64,000 bases of DNA, taken from contig JAFKEN010000010.1 in assembly GCA_017308515.1 (NCBI GenBank), forward strand, positions 17,137 through 81,136, read 5' to 3'. The first letter of the stretch is position 1, and each line of letters begins with the position of its first letter. Made by a program: the position numbers and the translations under genes. Below are positions 46,828 to 57,532 of the stretch, piece after piece. The notes under the pieces were generated by a model. The model was not told where the DNA came from and searched no databases. It saw only the letters and a program-made list of their open reading frames with translations. This stretch comes from Actinomycetales bacterium (lineage in GTDB: Bacteria > Actinomycetota > Actinomycetes > Actinomycetales > Microbacteriaceae).

Positions 46828-48246
46828 ATGTCCGACGTGCTCATCGACCGGCCCGAACTCGAGGGCCTGGGGCAGTACCAGTTCGGCTGGGCCGACTCCG
46901 ATTCCGCGGGGGCGCTCGCGCAGCGCGGCCTCAGCGAGCAGGTGGTGCGCAACATCTCGACGCTCAAGGGCGAGCCCGAGTGGATGCTGAAGAACCGCCT
47001 GAAGGCCCTCAAGCTCTTCGGCATGAAGCCGATGCCGACCTGGGGCGCCGACCTCTCGGGCATCGACTTCGACGACATCAAGTACTTCGTGCGCTCCACC
47101 GAGAAGCAGGCCACCTCGTGGGAGGAGCTCCCGGAGGACATCCGGAACACCTACGAGCGGCTCGGCATCCCCGAGGCGGAGCGCTCGCGACTGGTGGCCG
47201 GGGTCGCCGCGCAGTACGAGTCCGAGGTCGTCTACCACCAGATCCGCGAGGATCTCGAGGCGCAGGGCGTCATCTTCATGGACACGGACACCGCGCTGCG
47301 CGAGCACCCCGAGTTCTTCGAGGAGTACTTCGGCACCGTGATCCCCGCCGGCGACAACAAGTTCGCCGCGCTCAACACCGCGGTCTGGTCGGGCGGATCG
47401 TTCGTCTACGTGCCGAAGGGCGTGCACGTCGAGATCCCGCTGCAGGCCTACTTCCGCATCAACACCGAGAACATGGGCCAGTTCGAGCGGACGCTGATCA
47501 TCGCCGACGAGGACAGCTACGTGCACTACATCGAGGGCTGCACGGCGCCGATCTACAAGAGCGACTCGCTGCACTCGGCGGTCGTCGAGATCGTCGTGAA
47601 GAAGGGCGCGCGGGTGCGCTACACGACGATCCAGAACTGGTCGAACAACGTCTACAACCTTGTCACCAAGCGGGCCACCGCGGCCGAGGGCGCGACGATG
47701 GAGTGGATCGACGGCAACATCGGCTCCAAGGTCACCATGAAGTACCCCTCGATCTTCCTCATGGGCGAGCACGCCAAGGGCGAGACGCTGTCGGTCGCCT
47801 TCGCCGGGCCGGGGCAGCACCAGGACGCGGGCGCCAAGATGATCCACATGGCGCCGTACACGACGAGCTCGATCGTGTCGAAGTCGATCGCCCGCGGCGG
47901 CGGCCGCGCCGGCTACCGCGGCGAGGTGCGCGTCGACGCGAACGCCCACCACGCGGCGAACACCGTGCGCTGCGACGCGCTCCTGGTCGACACGATCTCG
48001 CGCAGCGACACCTACCCCGCGATCGACATCCGGGTCGACGACGCCCAGCTCGGCCACGAGGCGACCGTCTCGCGGGTGAGCGAGGAGCAGCTGTTCTACC
48101 TGCAGTCGCGGGGGATGCCCGAGGACGAGGCGATGGCGATGATCGTGCGCGGCTTCATCGAGCCGATCGCGCGCGAGCTGCCGATGGAGTACGCCCTCGA
48201 GCTCAACAAGCTCATCGAGATGAGCATGGAGGGCAGCGTCGGCTGA
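46828..48246 (+). CDS. sufB: Fe-S cluster assembly scaffold SufB
   Basis: Highly conserved SufB sequence ([47 protein letters not shown]). ATG 46828 has AAGAGAGG upstream. The track start at 46798 is an alternative. Confidence 0.93.
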   Translation: MSDVLIDRPELEGLGQYQFGWADSDSAGALAQRGLSEQVVRNISTLKGEPEWMLKNRLKALKLFGMKPMPTWGADLSGIDFDDIKYFVRSTEKQATSWEELPEDIRNTYERLGIPEAERSRLVAGVAAQYESEVVYHQIREDLEAQGVIFMDTDTALREHPEFFEEYFGTVIPAGDNKFAALNTAVWSGGSFVYVPKGVHVEIPLQAYFRINTENMGQFERTLIIADEDSYVHYIEGCTAPIYKSDSLHSAVVEIVVKKGARVRYTTIQNWSNNVYNLVTKRATAAEGATMEWIDGNIGSKVTMKYPSIFLMGEHAKGETLSVAFAGPGQHQDAGAKMIHMAPYTTSSIVSKSIARGGGRAGYRGEVRVDANAHHAANTVRCDALLVDTISRSDTYPAIDIRVDDAQLGHEATVSRVSEEQLFYLQSRGMPEDEAMAMIVRGFIEPIARELPMEYALELNKLIEMSMEGSVG

Positions 48247-48291
48247 GGCCGCAGCCGCTGCCCCCTCCCTCCTCGACGAACGGACCCCTCG

Positions 48292-49461
48292 ATGACCACC
48301 GCCCCGACCACGACGGCGCCCGCGCCCGCCGCGACGCGCGTCGTGCCCGTGCAGACCCGCTCGGAGCGCCCGCGCTCGACCGACCCGGCCGACTTCGCGA
48401 CGCCGACCGGCCGCGAGGTGGACTGGAAGCTCAGCCCGGTCGAGCGGCTCGCGCCGCTGTTCGAGGACGCTCCGGGCGACGGCTCGGCGCGCTGGACGAT
48501 CGACGCACCCGAGCCCGTGAGAGTCGGCACGCTCGCGGCCGGGCAGTCCCCGCGCGGTTCGGTGTTCGAGCCGGAGGACCGCCCGAGCGCGATCGCGTTC
48601 GCGCGCACCGCGCAGGCGCACCACGTGCTGCTGCCCGAGGCCGCCGCGCTCGAGCGCCCGATCGTGGTGAGCGTCGAGGGCGGCGGGGCCGAGTCGCGCG
48701 AGACCGCGCACCTCGTCCTCGAGGCGGCCGCCGGGAGCGTCGGCACGGTCGTGCTCCGACACGAGGGCAGCACGCGTCTCGCGGAGAACGTCGAGATCGT
48801 CGTCGGCGCGGGCGCCGCGCTGACCGTGATCGCCGTGCAGCAGTGGGCCGACGACGCGCTGCACGCCTCCGCCCACCAGGCGCGCCTCGCCGAGGGCGCC
48901 TCCCTGCGCCACGTCGTGGTGACCTTCGGTGGCGGCGTCGTGCGGGTGAACCCCTCGGTCGACCTCGCCGGCGCGCGCAGCGAGGCCGAGATGTACGGCG
49001 TCAGCTACGCCGACGCGGGCCAGCACTTCGAGAGCCAGGTCTACGTGTTCCACCACGGGCCGGAGACCCGCGCCGACGTGCTCTACAAGGGTGCGCTGCA
49101 GGGTGTCGGAGCCCGCTCGGTGTGGATCGGCGACGTGCTCATCGGCCCCGAGGCCACCGGCACCGACAGCTACGAGGCCAACCGCAACCTCGTGCTGACC
49201 GACGGGGCGCGCGCCGACTCGATCCCCAACCTCGAGATCGAGACCGGCGACATCGCCGGCGCGGGCCACGCGAGCGCGACCGGTCGGTTCGACGACGAGC
49301 AGCTGTTCTACCTGCAGGCGCGGGGCGTGCCCGAGGCGGAGGCCAAGCGCCTCGTCGTGCTGGGCTTCCTCGCCGAGATCGCGCAGCGCATCCCGGTCGA
49401 GTCGCTGCAGGAGGAGCTGATCGCCGCCATCGAGGCGGAGCTCGCGAAGGAGGTCGTGTGA
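48292..49461 (+). CDS. sufD: Fe-S cluster assembly protein SufD
   Basis: 389 aa. The C-terminal beta-helix region resembles SufB (NLEIETGDIAGAGHASATGRFDDEQLFYLQARG). Confidence 0.88.
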   Translation: MTTAPTTTAPAPAATRVVPVQTRSERPRSTDPADFATPTGREVDWKLSPVERLAPLFEDAPGDGSARWTIDAPEPVRVGTLAAGQSPRGSVFEPEDRPSAIAFARTAQAHHVLLPEAAALERPIVVSVEGGGAESRETAHLVLEAAAGSVGTVVLRHEGSTRLAENVEIVVGAGAALTVIAVQQWADDALHASAHQARLAEGASLRHVVVTFGGGVVRVNPSVDLAGARSEAEMYGVSYADAGQHFESQVYVFHHGPETRADVLYKGALQGVGARSVWIGDVLIGPEATGTDSYEANRNLVLTDGARADSIPNLEIETGDIAGAGHASATGRFDDEQLFYLQARGVPEAEAKRLVVLGFLAEIAQRIPVESLQEELIAAIEAELAKEVV

Positions 49462-49784
49462 GCGCGCAGAAGGCCTGCTCGAGGGACGAGCTGAGCGTCG
49501 GCACCGCCAAGCGGGTCGTGCTCGACGGGGTGCCGATCGCGGTCGTCGTCGACTCCGCGGGCGAGGTGCACGCGCTCGGCGACACCTGCACGCACGGCGA
49601 CATCTCGCTCGCCGAGGGGTTCGTCGAAGACGACACCCTCGAGTGCTGGGCCCACGGATCCCGCTTCGAGCTGACGACCGGCAAGCCCCTGACCCTCCCG
49701 GCCTACGAGCCGGTCCCCGTCTTCGCCGTCGAGATCCGCGACGGCGACGTGTACATCGACCCGAGCGCGACGCTCGCGGTCTGA
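49458..49784 (+). CDS. Rieske [2Fe-2S] ferredoxin-like protein
   Basis: 108 aa. GTG 49458 overlaps the sufD stop. Rieske ligand motifs CTHGDISL and CWAHGSRF. Confidence 0.8.
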   Translation: MSAQKACSRDELSVGTAKRVVLDGVPIAVVVDSAGEVHALGDTCTHGDISLAEGFVEDDTLECWAHGSRFELTTGKPLTLPAYEPVPVFAVEIRDGDVYIDPSATLAV

Positions 49785-49798
49785 CGCAAAGGAATCCC

Positions 49799-50572
49799 AT
49801 GAGCACCGCGACTCCCAGCCAGCTCGTGATCCGCGACCTGCGGGTCTCGATCGACACCGAGCAGGGCAGCAAGCCGATCCTCAAGGGCGTCGATCTCACC
49901 CTGACCTCCGGGGAGATCCACGCCGTGATGGGCCCGAACGGCTCCGGCAAGTCGACCCTCGCGTACACGATCGCGGGCCACCCGCGCTACCGGGTCGACG
50001 GCGGCAGCATCGAGCTCGACGGCCAGGACGTGCTCGCGATGAGCGTCGACGAGCGTGCTCGCGCCGGGCTGTTCCTGGCCATGCAGTATCCGGTGGAGAT
50101 CCCCGGCGTGACGGTCTCGAACTTCCTGCGCACGGCGAAGACGGCGATCGACGGCGAAGCGCCCGCGATCCGCGGCTGGACCAGCGGCGTGCGCGAGGCG
50201 ATGGAGAAGCTGCGGATGGATCCCTCCTTCGCCGCCCGCAACGTCAACGAGGGCTTCTCGGGCGGCGAGAAGAAGCGCCACGAGATCCTGCAGCTCGAGC
50301 TGCTCAAGCCGCGCTTCGCGGTGCTCGACGAGACCGACTCTGGACTCGACGTCGACGCGCTGCGGATCGTCTCCGAGGGCGTCAACCGCGCGCACCAGGA
50401 GACCGGGCTGGGAATCCTGCTCATCACGCACTACACGCGCATCCTGCGCTACATCCAGCCCGACTTCGTCCACGTCTTCGTCGACGGCACCGTCGCCGAG
50501 GAGGGCGGCCCGGAGCTCGCCGAGCGCCTCGAGGACGAGGGCTACGACCGCTACCTCGCCGCGCGCGCCTGA
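49799..50572 (+). CDS. sufC: Fe-S cluster assembly ATPase SufC
   Basis: Trimmed from ORF 49643..50572 to ATG 49799. Walker A GPNGSGKST, signature FSGGEKKR, Walker B AVLDETDSGLD. Confidence 0.93.
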   Translation: MSTATPSQLVIRDLRVSIDTEQGSKPILKGVDLTLTSGEIHAVMGPNGSGKSTLAYTIAGHPRYRVDGGSIELDGQDVLAMSVDERARAGLFLAMQYPVEIPGVTVSNFLRTAKTAIDGEAPAIRGWTSGVREAMEKLRMDPSFAARNVNEGFSGGEKKRHEILQLELLKPRFAVLDETDSGLDVDALRIVSEGVNRAHQETGLGILLITHYTRILRYIQPDFVHVFVDGTVAEEGGPELAERLEDEGYDRYLAARA

Positions 50573-50604
50573 GGCGCATCCCGGCCGGCCCGCGCCTCAC
50601 CGCG

Positions 50605-50610
50605 TACCCT
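50605..50610 (+). promoter_or_regulatory. -10 hexamer TACCCT, predicted leaderless promoter of sufT
   Basis: TACCCT-gaagac-ATG(50617). Confidence 0.4.
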
Positions 50611-50616
50611 GAAGAC

Positions 50617-50946
50617 ATGCCCACCGCTCTCGAGCCGAAGCTCTTCGACCAGGTCGAGGAGGGGCTGAAGGACGTCATCGACCCCGAGCTCGGGGTCAAC
50701 ATCGTCGACCTGGGTCTCATCTACGACCTGACCTGGGACGACGAGAACGACGCGCTCATCATCTCGATGACGCTCACCTCGGCCGGATGCCCGCTCACCG
50801 ACGTGATCGAGGAGCAGACCGGCCAGGCGCTCGACGGCATCGTCGAGCGGTTCCGCATCAACTGGGTGTGGATGCCGCCGTGGGGCCCCGAGCGCATCAC
50901 CGAGGACGGCCGCGAGATGATGAGAGCGCTGGGCTTCAGCATCTAG
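50617..50946 (+). CDS. sufT: DUF59/SufT-type Fe-S assembly factor
   Basis: 109 aa. DPELGVNIVDLGLIY and TSAGCPL motifs of the MIP18/SufT family. Confidence 0.85.
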   Translation: MPTALEPKLFDQVEEGLKDVIDPELGVNIVDLGLIYDLTWDDENDALIISMTLTSAGCPLTDVIEEQTGQALDGIVERFRINWVWMPPWGPERITEDGREMMRALGFSI

Positions 50947-50962
50947 CGGACACATGCTCGCC

Positions 50963-50977
50963 ACCCCCGGAGGGGGT
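50963..50977 (+). terminator. short hairpin downstream of sufT
   Basis: ACCCCC-gga-GGGGGT, 17 nt after the sufT stop. Confidence 0.3.
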
Positions 50978-51002
50978 CGCGCGTCGGCGCGGGTGCCGGC
51001 AT

Positions 51003-51008
51003 TAGCCT
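51003..51008 (+). promoter_or_regulatory. -10 hexamer TAGCCT, predicted leaderless promoter of the histidine kinase operon
   Basis: TAGCCT-gaggcc-ATG(51015). Confidence 0.45.
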
Positions 51009-51014
51009 GAGGCC

Positions 51015-52706
51015 ATGCGTTCGGGCGCCGAGGCGGACCCGCGCGCCCGGCGAGGGCGCGCGCGGGTCTCCTCCGCCGTGCTCTCGAGCCAGCTGCTCAT
51101 CTCCGCCGCGGCTCTCGTCATGGTCGTCGCGGTGCTGTTCCTCGACACCGAGGCGCTCGGCGATCCCGCGCTGTTCGCCGCGATCGGGCTCATCTTCGCG
51201 CTCACCGCCGTCGCCGCCCTCGTGCCGTGGGGATCCGTCCCCAAGCGCTGGGGCGCCATGCTCCCGCTGCTCAACATCGTCGCGATCGTCGCGGTGAGCG
51301 CGGCCGCGCCGACCCTCGGCGCCCCGCTGCTGCTGATCTTCCCGATCATCTGGCTGGCGCGGTCGTTCGGGCCGCGCGAGACGATCGTCGGCTTCGCGCT
51401 CGCCTTCGGATCGCTCCTCGCGGTACGGATCCTCGGCGGCAGCCCCCTCGACTCGAGCGACTTCGCGTCGCTTCTGCTGGTGCCCATCGTGCTCGGCTTC
51501 GCGGCGACCTCGATCTCGATCAGCTCCTCGCGGGCCCGCGCGCAGACGGTGCTGCTGCGCCAGCACGCGCGTCACATCGAGCGCGCCCTGGAGAGCGCGA
51601 GGCGCCAGGAGGAGCTGCGCGACGCCGTGCTCAACGTCGTCTCGTTCGGCGTCGTCGCCTTCGACCGCGAGGGACGGGTCACCTTCGTCAACCGCTGGCA
51701 GCGCCGCGCCCTCGCCGACTTCGGCGCCCCTCCCGGCGCCGTCGTGCACCCGCTGATCTACCAGGCCGACGAGATCACCCCCTTCAGCGACGACGAGCGC
51801 CCCTTCGGGCGGGCCCTGGCCGGGCAGTCGTTCGACAACGTGGTGTTCTGGGTGGGCGAACCCGGCGGGCGTCGCGCCGCCTACTCCGCGTCCTGTCGCG
51901 GGCTCACCGACGCCGAGGGGGAGTACGACGGCGGCGTGATCATGGTGCGCGACGTGACCGCCGAGCTGGAGGCCGTGCGGGCCCGCGACGACCTCATCGG
52001 CTCCGTCACCCACGAGCTGCGCTCCCCGCTCACCTCGGTGCTGGGCTACCTCGACCTCGTGCGCGATGACGAATCGCTGCAGGAGGAGACGCGGCGGATG
52101 CTCGACGTCGCCGGCTCGAACGCCGAGCGCCTGCTCGTCATCGTCACCGATCTGCTGCAGGCCGCGAGCGACGCGACCATGAAGCTCGAGATGGCGTTCC
52201 TGCCGATGGATCTGCGCGCCGTCGCCGAGGACGCGGTCGACGCGGCGCGCCTTCTGGCACGGGATCGCCAGGTGAGCATCGAGCTCCACGCGCCGCGCGA
52301 GGTGCACGTGCTCGCGGATCCGGCCCGCCTGCGCCAGGTGCTCGACAACCTGGTCACCAACGCGATCAAGTACAACCGCCCCGGCGGTACGGTGATCGTG
52401 CGGGTCGCGCGGGAGGGCGCGAACGCCGTCGCGGAGGTGCAGGACACCGGCCGCGGGATCGCGCCCGGTGACCTGCCCCGCGTGTTCGACCGCTTCTACC
52501 GCACGGCGGAGGCCCGCTCGTCCCGCAGCGTCGGCACCGGCCTCGGGCTCGCCGTCTCGCGCGACATCGCGGAGCGCCACGGCGGGGAGCTGAGCGTGCA
52601 GAGCGTGCTCGACGAGGGATCCACCTTCCGGCTGCGGGTGCCGGTCAGCCGGGCCGCGGAACTGCCGCGTTCGGGCGCGAACGACGAGAGTCGGGAGACG
52701 CGATGA
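51015..52706 (+). CDS. membrane-bound PAS sensor histidine kinase
   Basis: 563 aa. About 5 N-terminal TM helices and a PAS-like segment. H-box SVTHELRSPLTSVLGY, N-box DNLVTNAIKYN, G1 QDTGRGI, G2 GTGLGLAV. Confidence 0.88.
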   Translation: MRSGAEADPRARRGRARVSSAVLSSQLLISAAALVMVVAVLFLDTEALGDPALFAAIGLIFALTAVAALVPWGSVPKRWGAMLPLLNIVAIVAVSAAAPTLGAPLLLIFPIIWLARSFGPRETIVGFALAFGSLLAVRILGGSPLDSSDFASLLLVPIVLGFAATSISISSSRARAQTVLLRQHARHIERALESARRQEELRDAVLNVVSFGVVAFDREGRVTFVNRWQRRALADFGAPPGAVVHPLIYQADEITPFSDDERPFGRALAGQSFDNVVFWVGEPGGRRAAYSASCRGLTDAEGEYDGGVIMVRDVTAELEAVRARDDLIGSVTHELRSPLTSVLGYLDLVRDDESLQEETRRMLDVAGSNAERLLVIVTDLLQAASDATMKLEMAFLPMDLRAVAEDAVDAARLLARDRQVSIELHAPREVHVLADPARLRQVLDNLVTNAIKYNRPGGTVIVRVAREGANAVAEVQDTGRGIAPGDLPRVFDRFYRTAEARSSRSVGTGLGLAVSRDIAERHGGELSVQSVLDEGSTFRLRVPVSRAAELPRSGANDESRETR

Positions 52707-53842
52707 TCATCGACCCCACGACCGTCGCCGCGATCACCGCCCTGATCGTCACGCTGTGCGGCATCGTCTTCGTCACCACGACCCTGCTGCGCTTCAACGA
52801 CACCGTCGCGCGCCTGCTGAGCGTCGGGTACATCTCGGCGATCCTCATGACGATCACGTTCGTCGTCGGCCTCGGCACCCCGGGGGTCGTGTGGGACGTC
52901 TACGTCGGCAGCGGCACCTTCACCTTCATGGTCGCGGCGATGCACGCCGCCATGCGCGCGGCCCGCGGGCTGCGGCCGCTCATGGGCCTCTCGATCGGAC
53001 TCGCGGTCGGCGTCGCCGCGTTCGGCGCGATCGGCGGTGCCCTCGGGCTCGACCTCAACGACGGCGGGCAGTTCGCCGTCACCGGCACGCTCTCGGTGCT
53101 CATCGCGTACCACGCGTCCTCGCCTCCGTTGCGCGGCAGCGCCAACGCGCGCCTCATCGCGGTCGGTTTCGGGGTCGTCGCCGCCTACCAGTTCCTGCGC
53201 CTCGGCTTCCACATCGCCGTCGGGCGCGAGCAGCGCCTCCAGATCCCGTTCGTCGACGACACCTCGGCGAATCTGATCCTCGACAGCTTCCTCGTCGTGA
53301 TCACGATCACGCTGTGCCTCTTCCAGGCCGAACGGGTCACCGGACGCCCGGAACTCGTGGCCGACGCCGGCTCGGGCGTGGTGAGCTCGGTCGCCTTCCG
53401 CAACGTGGGGGAGTCGTGGCTGCGCCTCGCGAATCGTCGCGGCCGCTCCTTCACCCTTCTCGTCGTCGAGATCGTCAATCTCGAGGAGATCGGCGTCGCC
53501 TTCGGGCGCGAGCAGCGCGAGGCGGCCTTCCGCGCCGTCAACGAGGTCGTGCTCGCCGCTCTCCCGCTCGGCAGCCTGGTGGGGCGCACGAGCGCCTCGC
53601 GCACGGCCGCCCTGCTCGTGCTGCCCCCGGAGCTCGACCCCGCGACCCTCGCGGCCCGTATCGAGCGCGACGTCCTGCGCGCCGTCGTCGATGAGGCCGA
53701 TCGCTTCCGCGCGGCGGTGCAGGTCGCCGTCGAGGAGGCGATGCCCGGCGACGAACGGCTCGAGGACCTGCTCGCGCGCGCCGAGGCGCAGCTGACGTCG
53801 GTCCCGAGCCGGCGCGCCCCCGCGCACCCCGACAGTCGCTGA
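52703..53842 (+). CDS. multi-pass membrane protein with a C-terminal degenerate GGDEF-like domain
   Basis: ATG 52703 overlaps the kinase stop (ATGA). About 6 TM helices. The C-terminal roughly 160 aa align by eye to the GGDEF fold (LLVVEIVNLEEIGVAFG..., LVGRTSASRTAALLVLP, LLARAEAQL), but RxGGDEF is replaced by RTSASRTA. Confidence 0.6.
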   Translation: MIIDPTTVAAITALIVTLCGIVFVTTTLLRFNDTVARLLSVGYISAILMTITFVVGLGTPGVVWDVYVGSGTFTFMVAAMHAAMRAARGLRPLMGLSIGLAVGVAAFGAIGGALGLDLNDGGQFAVTGTLSVLIAYHASSPPLRGSANARLIAVGFGVVAAYQFLRLGFHIAVGREQRLQIPFVDDTSANLILDSFLVVITITLCLFQAERVTGRPELVADAGSGVVSSVAFRNVGESWLRLANRRGRSFTLLVVEIVNLEEIGVAFGREQREAAFRAVNEVVLAALPLGSLVGRTSASRTAALLVLPPELDPATLAARIERDVLRAVVDEADRFRAAVQVAVEEAMPGDERLEDLLARAEAQLTSVPSRRAPAHPDSR

Positions 53843-53862
53843 GGCGATCCTGACCGGACGCT

Positions 53863-53879
53863 GAGCGCGCACCGCGCTC
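53863..53879 (+). terminator. hairpin downstream of the GGDEF-like gene
   Basis: GAGCGCG-cac-CGCGCTC, 21 nt after the stop at 53842. Confidence 0.35.
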
Positions 53880-53968
53880 GTCGCGCGCACCGACGGCGAG
53901 ACTGGACCCCGGCGGGAGCCCGGCTCCGCCATCCCCCTCTCCGTACCCCCGACCGCGAACGGATCGCC

Positions 53969-54325
53969 ATGATCGCGCCCATCGACGAGTCGCGCCTCGC
54001 GCGTCTCGCCGACGACCTCGACGGAGATCTCGAGGCATGCGGTCGCGCGGCGCGCGAGTTCTGCCGGGCGTGGGAGGCGCGGATCGCGCTCGTGCGCGAC
54101 GCGATCGGCGCGAGCGCCGAGGGGCGCGCCTCCGCCGCGCTGCTGAGCATCTCGACGACCGGTCGGATGCTGGGGGCGGAGGTGCTCGCCTCCGCCGCGG
54201 ACCGGGCGCGCGGCCTGCTCGCGCTCGGCGCCCTGACCGCCCCGGTCGTCGACGAGCTCGACCGCCTCGGACGGATCAGCCTCGGCGGTCTCGAGGCGGC
54301 GCTCGTGCGCCTGCGCGCGGCCTGA
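53969..54325 (+). CDS. small helical protein, putative histidine-less Hpt-like domain
   Basis: 118-aa ORF rich in Ala/Leu/Arg. The segment AALLSISTTGRMLGAEVLA aligns by eye with the Hpt motif (xxHxLKGSSxxxGAxxL), with Leu in place of the phospho-His. The whole protein contains no His. Coding status is not independently supported. Confidence 0.4.
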   Translation: MIAPIDESRLARLADDLDGDLEACGRAAREFCRAWEARIALVRDAIGASAEGRASAALLSISTTGRMLGAEVLASAADRARGLLALGALTAPVVDELDRLGRISLGGLEAALVRLRAA

Positions 54326-54332
54326 GCCGCCG

Positions 54333-55127
54333 CTAGGGCGCGGTCAGGCGGTAGCCGACCCCGCGGACCGTCTCGATCCAACGCGGAGCCGCCGTCGACT
54401 CGCCGAGCTTCTTACGCAGGTTCGCCATGTGCACCTCGATCGCGCGCTCGTCCGCCGCGGCCACGAAGATGTCGCCGGCGTAGTCGTCGCCGCGCACGGC
54501 GCGGGCCAGCTCGGTCTTGCTGCGCACCCGGCGCCCGCTCGCCATGAGGGTCGCGAGGAGGTCGAACTCGCTGCGGGTGAGGGTGACCTCCGCGCCGTCG
54601 AGCTCGGCGATCCGGGCGTCGCGGTCGAGGCGGATGCCGTGATGCTCGAGCACCGCGTCGGTCGAGGGAGGCGGCGCCGGTCGGGTCGCGGTGTTCGTCG
54701 CCGTCACGAGCACGGACTCGGGGAGCCCGCCGAGCGCTCTGGGATCCCGCGGGCGGCGCAGCATCGCCTCGATCCGCGCGCGCAGCTCGCGGGGGCGGAA
54801 GGGCTTCACGATGTAGTCGTCGGCGCCCGCGTCGAGACCCTGGAGGGTGTCGATCTCGTCCTGCAGGCCGCTGAGCATGATGATGTAGGTCGAGCTCACC
54901 GCCCGGATGCGCCGGGCCGTCTCGAAGCCGTCGATGCCGGGCATGTTGACGTCGAGCGTCGTGACGACGGGATCCAGCTCCCGCACCGCCTCGACCCCCG
55001 ACTCGCCGTCGTCGCGCGTGTGCACCTCGAAGCCGGCCTGCTGCAGCACCGTCTGGATGAGGCCGCGGACATCCGCATCATCATCGACGACGACCGCGAG
55101 ACGACGTTCGGACCCCTGACCGTCCAT
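54333..55127 (-). CDS. OmpR-family response regulator (winged-helix output)
   Basis: 264 aa. Intact receiver (VVDDD, TLDVNMPG, MLSG, VKPF) and a C-terminal wHTH (IETVRGVGYRL). The Pro/Thr-rich linker is unusually long. Confidence 0.88.
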   Translation of the reverse strand: MDGQGSERRLAVVVDDDADVRGLIQTVLQQAGFEVHTRDDGESGVEAVRELDPVVTTLDVNMPGIDGFETARRIRAVSSTYIIMLSGLQDEIDTLQGLDAGADDYIVKPFRPRELRARIEAMLRRPRDPRALGGLPESVLVTATNTATRPAPPPSTDAVLEHHGIRLDRDARIAELDGAEVTLTRSEFDLLATLMASGRRVRSKTELARAVRGDDYAGDIFVAAADERAIEVHMANLRKKLGESTAAPRWIETVRGVGYRLTAP

Positions 55128-55133
55128 GCGTCG

Positions 55134-55139
55134 ATGCTA
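55134..55139 (-). promoter_or_regulatory. -10 hexamer TAGCAT, predicted leaderless promoter of the OmpR-family regulator
   Basis: Minus strand: TAGCAT-cgacgc-ATG(55127). Confidence 0.45.
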
Positions 55140-55162
55140 TCGGCGCACGGGCCCGGAGCCGG

Positions 55163-55816
55163 TCAGGCGCGAGGGTCGCCCGCCGCGTCGTCTCCCGCGT
55201 GACCGGAGCGCCGCGCCTGGAGGGCGTCGGCCGCCCACCACGCGGCGGGCAGCAACGCGGCGGCGATGAGCGCCTTGATGATGCCCCCGACCACGAAGGG
55301 GAGGAAGCCGGCCTCGAGCACCGTGAGCGGGTCGGTCAGACCGAGCACCGCCGCGAGCCACGGCAGGCCCACGGCGAACACGACGAGCGAGCCGCCGGCG
55401 AAGGTCGCGAGGGCCTTGAGGAAGCGGCGGTCCCACGCGCGGCTGGACAGCCAGCCGACGAGCGCGGCCGCCGGGATGAACCCGAGGATGTAGCCGAAGC
55501 TGGGGGCCGCGACCGCCGCGAGACCGGTGAGGTGGGTGCCGTCGGACTGCGGGGCGTAGAACGGCAGGCCGATGAAGCCCAGCAGCGCGTACAGGGCGAG
55601 CGAGGCCCCGCCGCGGGCGGCGCCGAGGGAGGCGCCGACGAGGAGCACGGCGAGGGTCTGCCCGGTGATCGGCACCGGCCACAGCGGGATCGAGATCTGG
55701 GCGAGCGCGGCGGTCAGCAGAGCGCCGCCCGTGATCAGCACGACGTCGACGACGTGCGAACGCGGGATGAGGCGGTCGATGAGGACGACGCGGCGGTCGG
55801 GCAGGGCGAGGGACAT
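55163..55816 (-). CDS. bioY: biotin transporter BioY (ECF S-component)
   Basis: 217 aa. VPITGQTLAVLLVGASLG and GFIGLPFYAP are typical BioY motifs. No bioMN genes are adjacent. Confidence 0.85.
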   Translation of the reverse strand: MSLALPDRRVVLIDRLIPRSHVVDVVLITGGALLTAALAQISIPLWPVPITGQTLAVLLVGASLGAARGGASLALYALLGFIGLPFYAPQSDGTHLTGLAAVAAPSFGYILGFIPAAALVGWLSSRAWDRRFLKALATFAGGSLVVFAVGLPWLAAVLGLTDPLTVLEAGFLPFVVGGIIKALIAAALLPAAWWAADALQARRSGHAGDDAAGDPRA

Positions 55817-55865
55817 GCTCAGGCTCCGGAACGGTCGGCGGGACGGGGCGGGACTGATCGCTCGC

Positions 55866-55874
55866 CTAGACTAG
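55866..55874. promoter_or_regulatory. palindrome CTAGACTAG, candidate bidirectional -10 (TAGACT on plus, TAGTCT on minus) for the ABC-F gene and bioY
   Basis: It sits in the 117-bp divergent intergenic region and reads TAnnnT on both strands, offset by 1 nt. Both genes would have leaders of about 45-55 nt. Confidence 0.3.
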
Positions 55875-55933
55875 CGGGCTGGCGCTCTCGCGCCCCGCTC
55901 CCACTCGCTCCCACCCAGAAACGGATCTCCGTC

Positions 55934-57524
<1,591 letters not shown>

Positions 57525-57532
<8 letters not shown>

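Noticed and set aside
46606-49968. 1120-aa ORF antisense to sufB, sufD and the Rieske gene.
   Set aside because: Same shadow-ORF signature (Arg/Ala/Pro/Gly-rich) opposite highly conserved genes.
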